DNA from: Trypanosoma brucei
Taxonomy: Eukaryota
DNA length: 64,000 bases
Reading direction: 5' to 3'
Assembly (NCBI GenBank): GCA_000002445.1
Contig: CP000069.1
Span: 800,001 to 864,000, forward strand
Shown: positions 30,706-39,181 of the stretch, one piece after another
Position numbering within the stretch: the stretch's first letter is position 1
Layout of the letters: each line of letters opens with the position of its first letter
The notes under the pieces: generated by a model
Told to the model about the DNA's origin: nothing
The model's input: only the letters and a program-made list of their open reading frames with translations
Database searches by the model: none
Translations under genes and position numbers: made by a program

Positions 30706-31189
30706 AAGCAAGTGTCGATGTCACCATGAGCGCATGTTCAAAATGGAGAAACACTCATTTAAGTTGGCACATCTGAAGATGTAATAAAGAACCTGAATGA
30801 AAATGAAATTTCATAGATGAAAAGATGAAATACGATATATATGTGACCATAGAATATGATTGTGTACATTAAAAAAAAAAATTAACCCCTCTCAAAACAC
30901 AAAAAAAAAACATAGAGATCCTGGGATAACTACGTGTGCTTTTCCCTTTGTCGTTTCACAGTGGTTTCCTCAAACTTTTTACCATCGTCCATACAAGTTG
31001 TCGCGTTCGGTGTCGTTTGTATTTATTGATGTATTTTTGCTCAACATTTTCGTTCCGGTGGTTCTTTGTGATGGGCTTGTGTGATGCTTCGCTAGTTTTG
31101 TTCACTTGTGCGATGGTGGACAGGGGTGGTGGAAAAGTTGCAATATTGTGTACCGGAACGCCTTCCCACTTTTTATGCAGGTTTGCGTT

Positions 31190-31247
31190 TGCTACTTCCT
31201 AGTTTTCTTTTTGTCGCCCCCTTTTTTCCCCCCTTTACCACAATTTA
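31190..31247 (+). promoter_or_regulatory. polypyrimidine tract plus AG acceptor immediately upstream of VPS41
   Basis: gctacttcctagttttctttttgtcgcccccttttttccccccctttaccacaatttag. The AG lies 5 nt before ATG 31252. Confidence 0.45.
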
Positions 31248-31251
31248 GTCA

Positions 31252-34200
31252 ATGAGTATAGCGCGGTTGGAGCCATCTGTAAACGATGAGACCCAACGGG
31301 GAAATTTAGCACGAGAGGAGGAGGATGAGGAAGTTCAACAGGAAGGATCGGAGCGGGAAGTCCCTTACAGTCACGTCTCCGACGGCACCGATAATGAGGA
31401 TTATACGGGGGACGTGACAGGTGGTGAGGAGAGCGATTACGAAGAGGGATCTGAGGTGGAGCAAGAAAACCTTCTGTCATTCTCTGCATTCCCCTTGGAG
31501 GCTATTGGTGGTCAACACGTCATGGTTATAACGGCATTCCGCCGCTTTGTTGCTGTAGGCACTAGTCGTGGCGACGTGGTGCTGCTGGAAGCCACGAGTG
31601 GCGTAGTGTTTCGATTGCTTCACGCTCATACCAACCCTATTAGTGATATCACTTGTGACACCAGTGAAAAGTACATTGGTTCTTCAGATATGTCAGGGTT
31701 GGTCACCATACACAATCTTACTGGTGGTACGGAGTCCTACAGGAAGGATTTTGGTCGCTCGATCAAGTCGTTATCTATTCATCCCTTTTATGGTCGCAGG
31801 GACGAACGGCCTGCTGTTGTTTCTAGTTCTGACGATGTTATGCTCATCACCAAAACTATGTTTCTTGGCCGAAATGTTTCGGTTATACACCAAAAGCACG
31901 GAAAGGTGTTTTGTGTGAAGTGGTGCGGTGCCGACATTATTGCATGGGCAAGTGAGACTGGTGTTGTATTATACAGTTATTCAGGAAAGGAGGTACTGCA
32001 GTCTATTCCACGACCTGAAAATTCTTTACATCTTGAGTTGTATAATTGCTCGCTCATCTGGGAGCCTCCACGCACGCTTACATGTGGATGGGGTAACTGG
32101 ATTCAGGAGGTTGTGTTGCGTGTAAGCGGTCGTGAGTCCGGATCCCGCAACCAAAGGGTTATTGTTCATCCCCCTGTTCTAACGGATACGCTGAGGGACC
32201 CATTTCGTGTTTGCGGTATGGCGGCTTTTGGTGCAGATCGGTACGCTGTACTCGCTGCGACAGTTGAACAGGAAGGTTGTGTGGGAGAATTGGGCGTGCG
32301 CATCGTGGACCGCGCAACATTCGATCCCGTTTACTGCGCAAGAATAGCTACAAGCCACAAGCACACTTTGCAGTTTTGTTTGGCTTTCACACAAGCTAGT
32401 TGTGAGAGTGCCTTTGAGGCACCAAAACTCACCATGAACAACACCCCTCAGCATGATCCCGCACTCCCAACAAAAGGGTCCATGTACTTTGTTGGATGCG
32501 GCGACGTTATCATTAGGGCAGCACCTGCCGACGAAGATGATCACGTTCAGTATCTTCTGGGTGTGGGTCAAGTTCCGGAGGCTTATGAGTACGCACAAAA
32601 ATATGCTCTTACAAGGTACGATTTGAAGGGTATCGGTTGGCGGATGCTTCAACATCTTTTAGCGGTTGGAAAACATGAGGAAGCTGCTTTTCATCTCCCC
32701 CGCATAATTCAGTATGATTGTACCGAGTGGGAAACCTGGATAGTGAAGTTTGATCAGCGGGGGTTATCTCACTTGTTAGCAGATGTGGTTCCCACCAAGT
32801 TGCCCGGGAACGGCAGTCAGAGTGGTTGCGCTGGAGAGACAGGCAATCGTTCCGAAAGGATAGGAGAGGAATATTATGAACTTCTTCTTCAACGTTGTCT
32901 AGAGAAAGATGTGGCGCGATTCAGGAAGGCGGTGCGGCGCCTCTCCGGTCTTTACAAGTTGGAAGTTATCTGCCGCGCAGCAGAAGTACGATACAACGAT
33001 TGGCGTTTGCAAGTGCATCGTGGTAGTAATGTTCCTGAAGAAGAGATGCGGGACCTTGGTGATGCTTATGGTATGCTTTTGAAACTTAATGGACAATACA
33101 ACGAGGCATTGCGGGTTCTGTCGCGTGTTGCTCACAGTAATGAACTGTTTGAACTTGTCCAGGAAAGGCATCTCTTTAGTGAGGCATTGGAACTTCTTCC
33201 TGAGCTGTTTGCCACAAACGAAGGCAAGACTGTGGAGCTTTTGCTGACACCGGCCCCAATTAGCAGCAGCACCACCACTTCATCCAACGCCCCTGCAACT
33301 TTGACAGAGGACGAGAATGACATCGATGACCACTGCTTGGGTCCTCCTTTGCTTTTCCCCCCTGCGTCTGTGGTTCAGCGTCTAGAGTTTGCACACCGTG
33401 GATATTTGTGGTCATACCTGAAGGCACTGAAAATGCACGATAAGGCTGCATACAAGGAAATACTGAGGGTGTATGTTCAACTTGTAGCCACACTTTTCAT
33501 CGAAAACGAACCTTCCGGCATGTTACAGTTCCTCCGTGAGAATTACTCCATGCTGCCCAAGTTAAAGGAGATATATGCACTTTGCAAAAAAGAGCAAATG
33601 CTTGACGAAATGGTTTTTCTATTGTTGCGAATGGGTAAGGAAGAGGAGGGTCTTTACGTTATCGTACACGAAATGAAGAACATGAGAAAAGCGGTACAAT
33701 TTGTTGCCGATGTACCTAACAAAGAGGACCAAACTAGTCTCTATAAGAAGTTAATACACATGGTGTTAGAGGCTAACGCCGGTTTTCCCAGCCGTAACGG
33801 TCAAAAATACATTGAACATGAAATGAAAGCAGATGAAACACTGTCGAGCATCGCAAGGAGGTATGGTGTTGACGAAAGTGATCTGCGCGCGGCAAACCCC
33901 GTTCTGGACGCAGAGGGAGGAGGGGGTTGTAGTGGCAACGTATCTGATTTAGGTGATGTGGTTCCCCAACGCCGTACTTGCATTGTGCCTTTGGATTTGA
34001 CGAAGGAACTTATCGAAGCTGTTGTCGATATGTCGGTCGCACATTTGGTAACACTAGACCCCTCACTCATTATCGAACTACTTCCTGATGAGGAACCAAT
34101 GCCCCACGTAGGAAATTGTTTAGCCACTGTCGCGCGTAGCAAAGCCAACAGTGTGGCCCTCATGGAAGCTGTCGTGTGTGTGGCCACGAGTGACTTATTA

Positions 34201-34530
34201 ACTTGCTTCGAGTCATTTTACAAGCGCGAGCTATCCTGTATTCGTGTAACTCACGATGGTGCAGTGTGTCCCCTTTGTCGACGCCCAACGTCAGAGGGTG
34301 TTGTTGTTTTTAGGTGCTTACACGCTCATCATTTGCGATGTGTGGTGAATTACTTCTCTGGAGATAACACACTATTCGATTCATTGAGCAATGACGAAGT
34401 CGAACGAATCCTCAAAGACCCTGATGGATTCATCAACTCAACGCAGTGGTCTGGACCGATAAGTTGTTGTTTTTGTAACCAGTTGACCAGAGTGGCAGAA
34501 TTAGTTGAGGTTGAAATGCAGAGCGCATAG
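31252..34530 (+). CDS. VPS41: vacuolar protein sorting-associated protein 41 (HOPS subunit)
   Basis: N-terminal beta-propeller region aligns with human VPS41: FVAVGTSRGDVVLLEATSG...VKWCGADIIAWASETGVVLYS versus FLALGTHYGKVYLLDVQGN...VKWRGHLIAWANNMGVKIFD. Central CHCR-like helical region. C-terminal RING-H2 (CPLCRRPTSEGVVVFRCLHAHHLRCV...CCFCNQ). Acidic about 70-aa N-terminal extension. Confidence 0.85.
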   Translation: MSIARLEPSVNDETQRGNLAREEEDEEVQQEGSEREVPYSHVSDGTDNEDYTGDVTGGEESDYEEGSEVEQENLLSFSAFPLEAIGGQHVMVITAFRRFVAVGTSRGDVVLLEATSGVVFRLLHAHTNPISDITCDTSEKYIGSSDMSGLVTIHNLTGGTESYRKDFGRSIKSLSIHPFYGRRDERPAVVSSSDDVMLITKTMFLGRNVSVIHQKHGKVFCVKWCGADIIAWASETGVVLYSYSGKEVLQSIPRPENSLHLELYNCSLIWEPPRTLTCGWGNWIQEVVLRVSGRESGSRNQRVIVHPPVLTDTLRDPFRVCGMAAFGADRYAVLAATVEQEGCVGELGVRIVDRATFDPVYCARIATSHKHTLQFCLAFTQASCESAFEAPKLTMNNTPQHDPALPTKGSMYFVGCGDVIIRAAPADEDDHVQYLLGVGQVPEAYEYAQKYALTRYDLKGIGWRMLQHLLAVGKHEEAAFHLPRIIQYDCTEWETWIVKFDQRGLSHLLADVVPTKLPGNGSQSGCAGETGNRSERIGEEYYELLLQRCLEKDVARFRKAVRRLSGLYKLEVICRAAEVRYNDWRLQVHRGSNVPEEEMRDLGDAYGMLLKLNGQYNEALRVLSRVAHSNELFELVQERHLFSEALELLPELFATNEGKTVELLLTPAPISSSTTTSSNAPATLTEDENDIDDHCLGPPLLFPPASVVQRLEFAHRGYLWSYLKALKMHDKAAYKEILRVYVQLVATLFIENEPSGMLQFLRENYSMLPKLKEIYALCKKEQMLDEMVFLLLRMGKEEEGLYVIVHEMKNMRKAVQFVADVPNKEDQTSLYKKLIHMVLEANAGFPSRNGQKYIEHEMKADETLSSIARRYGVDESDLRAANPVLDAEGGGGCSGNVSDLGDVVPQRRTCIVPLDLTKELIEAVVDMSVAHLVTLDPSLIIELLPDEEPMPHVGNCLATVARSKANSVALMEAVVCVATSDLLTCFESFYKRELSCIRVTHDGAVCPLCRRPTSEGVVVFRCLHAHHLRCVVNYFSGDNTLFDSLSNDEVERILKDPDGFINSTQWSGPISCCFCNQLTRVAELVEVEMQSA

Positions 34531-34952
34531 GAGTGGGTGAAAGGTGTATAGTTTTGCTTCGCTATATAGGTGAAACATCAACGCATATCACTTCTTGTTC
34601 CTTTTTTTTTCTGTTTTTAAAAGAATATTTACTCAACACAAACATTCAGGTTGTTTCTTTTATACGTGTGTTTGCGCGAACAATGTATCATGGAGCACAA
34701 ATATCTGTTACATTTGGGAAGCTTCCTACACCCGCTCTTTTGTGCTGTATTTCACCATTAACCCGGTGATGCGTCCCGGTAGACGCACTTTTAATATGTT
34801 TTTGTGTATGCATCATTTGTTGTGTGTTCTGTTGATGCTTTATTCCCTCTTCTGTCGGAGGGTTGTCATATTTTTTACTTTCTTCCACACCATTTTTAAT
34901 CGCGCAGTAATAGGACACACGATATAAGCATCGTAGCGCGCAGCCACATCCA

Positions 34953-35816
34953 ATGCGACGTAGCGTTATTCGGCAGCGTAAGGAGTTTTTAGAGAGGAGA
35001 CAGAATGAACATGTACACGCGGCGATATATACAAAGAAGGAGCAGTTCCGTGATGCCATTCAAAACGCCACCCCCCTTCCTGGTCATCTGCGCAAGGATG
35101 CTCTTGCCCTAAAGAAATTCTCTGAATTAGATGATGACCAAACAAAAGTACTGCAGACGACTGTTGACGACGAGTACGCCAAAGCTGGAGTGGAGGATCC
35201 GCATGTACTCGTAACAACATCACGTGAACCTTCCCAGAAACTGTTGGAGTTCGCTAAGGAAGTGCGTCTCATTATTCCCAATGCGGTGCGCTTAAACAGG
35301 GGTAACCTCAACATTCGGCAACTTATGGAGGCAGCAAGACGTGATCAGTACAGCGATGTAGTGGTTTTGCAGGAATCTCAGGGCGTCCCTGACAGTCTAA
35401 CCATCTCTCATTTACCTCTAGGACCCACAGTAGTCTTCACAATACACAACCTTGTGACACGACATGACATTGAAGATGTCGGTACAATGTCAGAGCAGTA
35501 TCCACACCTAATTTTCGAAAACTTCACAACGAAGTTGGGTTGTCGCATACGGGATGTGCTCAAGTACCTTTTTCCCGTACCCAAACCAGAGGCCACACGT
35601 GTGCTGACATTTGACAACCAGAATGACTTTATAAGTTTTCGTCACCATACCTTTAAGATGGTTAAGAAAAGCAACGTGCAGCTAACGGAAGTGGGCCCAC
35701 GCATGGAATTGTCACCCTGCCGAATAATGTTGGGGACTCTCGAGATGGATGATGCAGAGACGGAATGGGTTCTGCAACCGTACATGAACACAGCGAAGAA
35801 GCGGAGACTGATGTAA
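34953..35816 (+). CDS. IMP4: U3 snoRNP protein IMP4 (Brix domain)
   Basis: Near-colinear identity to human IMP4: DDEYAKAGVEDPHVLVTTSREPSQKLLEFAKEVRLIIPNAVRLNRG...ISHLPLGPTVVFTIHNLVTRHDIEDVGTMSEQYPHLIF...LKYLFPVPKPEATRVLTFDNQNDFISFRHH...LTEVGPRMEL...NTAKKRRL. Confidence 0.9.
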   Translation: MRRSVIRQRKEFLERRQNEHVHAAIYTKKEQFRDAIQNATPLPGHLRKDALALKKFSELDDDQTKVLQTTVDDEYAKAGVEDPHVLVTTSREPSQKLLEFAKEVRLIIPNAVRLNRGNLNIRQLMEAARRDQYSDVVVLQESQGVPDSLTISHLPLGPTVVFTIHNLVTRHDIEDVGTMSEQYPHLIFENFTTKLGCRIRDVLKYLFPVPKPEATRVLTFDNQNDFISFRHHTFKMVKKSNVQLTEVGPRMELSPCRIMLGTLEMDDAETEWVLQPYMNTAKKRRLM

Positions 35817-36180
35817 GGGAGATGCGCGCCGAGATTAAGCAATCCTTTTTCTTCTCCGTAGTTTCGCAATGAAAAATGTTAGCCGTTGTCATTTGAGGGT
35901 ATTATGGTTACTTGAAGCGACATGTTAGCTTTATACCCTAATCCCCATTTCATTATTTTAAACCTTCGTTTAAAATTGTAAGCAACGACAAGGAGTATGA
36001 GATTTAATAATAACGGTGACTTTGGGCGGTTCCGTGCCGAGTGAAACCTCCTGCGCTTTCCTTAATTTGCACGTATTCTTGAGGGTGGTGGAGACGGCTT
36101 TAAATCGTTCTAAAGTTTGTGTCGCGGGAACATCTCCATATAGATGTATGGGTTTATTTATTTAGAATATTGGTTTTTCG

Positions 36181-36240
36181 TATTCTTTTCGAATTAACTT
36201 TTGTGTTTCTTTTCCTCTAACTTTTCTTACTAAAAGATTT
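36181..36240 (+). promoter_or_regulatory. polypyrimidine tract / trans-splice signal upstream of TDH
   Basis: tattcttttcgaattaacttttgtgtttcttttcctctaacttttcttactaaaag. It lies about 120 nt upstream of ATG 36359. Confidence 0.4.
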
Positions 36241-36358
36241 AAGCGATCACTTATTCCGTTTATCACAAACAAAGCAACACCGACGATAGCAGCAGCAAGA
36301 AAGACAAACAAGAACAGGTAAAGCAACAGAGTTTTTTTTTCTGTTTTAAAAAGTTCAT

Positions 36359-37357
36359 ATGTTTTGTTTTTCTCGTTTCGCTCTCTGTGCTGCGGCGCCT
36401 CGTGTGCTTGTAACTGGAGCTCTGGGTCAAATCGGAACTGATCTTAGCCTTGCATTGCGAGACAAGTTTGGTGCAGACTCCGTCCTGGTGAGTGATGTGG
36501 TTGAGCCAGGTGCAAAGCACCCACTTGCCGGTTTAAAGGGCGTTGAGAAGCTCGACTGCCTCGACAGCAACGGTTTTGAGAAGTTGGTGAAGGAGTTTAA
36601 ACCAACATGGATGTATCACCTCCCGGCTATTATGTCCGTCCGTGGTGAAGCGGAACCTGATCTTGCGATGGATATCAACGTTAACACCACACGTTATGCA
36701 CTTGAGCTTGCTCGGAAGTACAATATACGTATTTTCATTCCAAGCACCATCGCCGCCTTTGGTGACAAGTGTGGGAAGACTATGACGAAGGATGATACCA
36801 TCATGAACCCCTCCACGGTGTACGGTGTGACGAAAGTTTACACGGAATTGCTCGGCACGTGGTACCGTCAAAAGTACGGTGTGGATTTCCGCAGTGTGCG
36901 TCTACCTGGTATTATATCTGCTGCAACGCTCCCTGGTGGAGGTGCCACAGACTACGCCATTCACATGTACCATTCTGCACTTCTGCAGAAGAAATGTGTG
37001 TGTCCTGTTCTCCCTTACGAGTCACTCCCTATGATGTACATGCCCGACACACTGAACAGTTTGGTAAAAATCATGGAGGCGCCCCTTGAGAAGTTGACTC
37101 GCACGGTGTACAACATAACTGGTTTTAGTTTTTCCCCATCGGAACTGAGGTTCAGCATTGAGAGGTGTACTGACCGCACCATTGAGGTGGAATATGTGGA
37201 GGGTCCTGCTCAAAAGATTGCAAACTCGTGGCCAGACAGTCTCGATGACAGCAACGCACGCAATGACTGGGGACACCAGGTGAAATATGATATTGATATG
37301 ATGAGCGAAGATATGTTGCGGCAGATACCAATCCTTCATGGACTTCCATCCTTGTGA
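36359..37357 (+). CDS. TDH: L-threonine 3-dehydrogenase, mitochondrial (NAD-dependent epimerase/dehydratase fold)
   Basis: Rossmann motif VLVTGALGQIGTDL. Extended identity to mammalian TDH (FIPSTIAAFGDK..., YGVTKVYTELLGTWYRQKYGVDFRSVRLPGIISA..LPGGGATDYA, LPMMYMPD, MEAPLEKL, YNITGFSFSPSEL, ANSWPDSLDDSNARNDWG). The N-terminal MFCFSRFALCAAAPR resembles a mitochondrial presequence. Confidence 0.92.
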   Translation: MFCFSRFALCAAAPRVLVTGALGQIGTDLSLALRDKFGADSVLVSDVVEPGAKHPLAGLKGVEKLDCLDSNGFEKLVKEFKPTWMYHLPAIMSVRGEAEPDLAMDINVNTTRYALELARKYNIRIFIPSTIAAFGDKCGKTMTKDDTIMNPSTVYGVTKVYTELLGTWYRQKYGVDFRSVRLPGIISAATLPGGGATDYAIHMYHSALLQKKCVCPVLPYESLPMMYMPDTLNSLVKIMEAPLEKLTRTVYNITGFSFSPSELRFSIERCTDRTIEVEYVEGPAQKIANSWPDSLDDSNARNDWGHQVKYDIDMMSEDMLRQIPILHGLPSL

Positions 37358-39085
37358 GTATGAAAGAAAAAAACAAAAATAAATAAACGAAGGAGCGAAG
37401 CGGCGGAAACGCATGGTTGCATGCGCATATTCGGGTTTCTGCAAAGGTATGTGTATGGTTGTTGAAGATGGGAAACTAATAAAAGAAAGGGAAAGAGAAA
37501 TGATGCCGCTCGTCAAGACGAAAATACCCACGAAGGAAAATAAACAGTAGGAACTTGAAAACATCCTGCAGTCGATGGTGGAAACTCATTAATTTTTTTG
37601 TTCGACTTAGCGTACGTAATCCCTCCTTTTTACGTCCTCCTTGTTTCTTTTCGAACTAATCTTCGTTTTACTTTTTCTGATACACTCTATCACTGCATGG
37701 GGGTTGTTAAGTATCTTTTTACTGTCTTTGATCGTTGAAGGTTCTTGTAATTCCTTCTTGGGTAAAAGGGAAGAAACGAAAGAAGAATTGTATTGTGTTT
37801 TCGTTAACGGGATAATTCTTATCGTTTCGCATTCCTTTTTTTTCTTTTCATTCTTTATATTTTTGTGATCAACGCCTTTATCTTTTTTCTTTTATTCGCT
37901 TGTTGTTTTTAATAGTGCTATTGGGAAGGGGGAGGTGAAGCGTAAATTCGCTTGCGCAGGGCGTGAAGAGGAAATAATAGGAAGATATTGCCTGTAGTGT
38001 TGGAGAGATTGCGTCAAGTAAGGAAAGAAAAGACAAAAAAAATACTGAAATACCAGCAGCAACAATTGTTACGCATTACTCCAGAAACTTTTTTTCTTCC
38101 CGCCCAACCTCTTTCCGCTTCTTCTTATGCCGCAGATATTTTACAATTTTGACGTTACTCGTGTCGTTAGTTTTTTTTTCCGTCGGGTTGCAATGCGGTA
38201 ATGGGCCTTTAGCGTTCATCATATTTTTCAATTTATTTGTGCCATTTCTGTGTGTTCCTCAGCTTCTCCCTCGCTTCATTTTACTGTTGTTGTGTCGCCT
38301 TGTAATTATTTCATTATCTTTCCTTATGTTTTATTCAATGTACGCATCAATGCCATTCACACAAAGTTTTGACCTCCACTAAGCGAATGGGGGAGGAAGA
38401 AAATTTGAATTTAAAAAGCAATTTTTTTTTTTTACTTTGTTACCTTATGGAGTCGTTGTTGCTCTCGTTGTGAACAACACATTCGCACATTCACACACAT
38501 ATACGCATATATAAAGCGGGTGCTTCTCGCTTCCGTACAATCATCATCGTCATGTACCACATGGACTGAAAAGAACGTAACTCTCAGTTTCTGCGGAAGG
38601 AGACAATTAACCGTAATACCGAATGGTGTTGTTTTCGTATCGTCCTATATTTTTCTGTTGTACCGATTGCTGATATTGTCGCAACCTCTCTTTCCACTCT
38701 GGATATGGTGGGAATGAAATGTCATCGGTGAATGAATGAAAGCGGAAGTATTTGAAAGAACACGCACAATGGGAGAGCATGTGAACGGTTCCTGTCGTTA
38801 CTATCATTATTGTGTGTTGGATAATTTTTATTCATATTATTTATAGCTTTCCCCTTGCACTGCGGTCCTATCTCGTCACTTTTCCACAGGGGGAAGTGCT
38901 ATAAAACTTGATGTTTCGATAACATCTTTCGAATGGTTTTATTCCTCTAATTTTTTAAATGTTTTTTTTTACATATGTTCTCTCCTTTCCTTTCTTTGTT
39001 ATTTTTCTCTTTTCTTCTCGTTGTTGCTTTTACTACTCAAGTTCTCTGGTATACTATTTTTGTTGCCGAGTAAAAATATCATTTG

Positions 39086-39107
39086 ATATATATATATATA
39101 TATATAT
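39086..39107. repeat. (AT)11 microsatellite
   Basis: atatatatatatatatatatat, about 75 nt upstream of ATG 39182. Confidence 0.9.
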
Positions 39108-39181
39108 TGGGAAGTGAAAAGCTTTATCTGGCCAAGTTGTTGAGAATATTTCACTACGGGAGGGGATAGAATTTAAACCGT

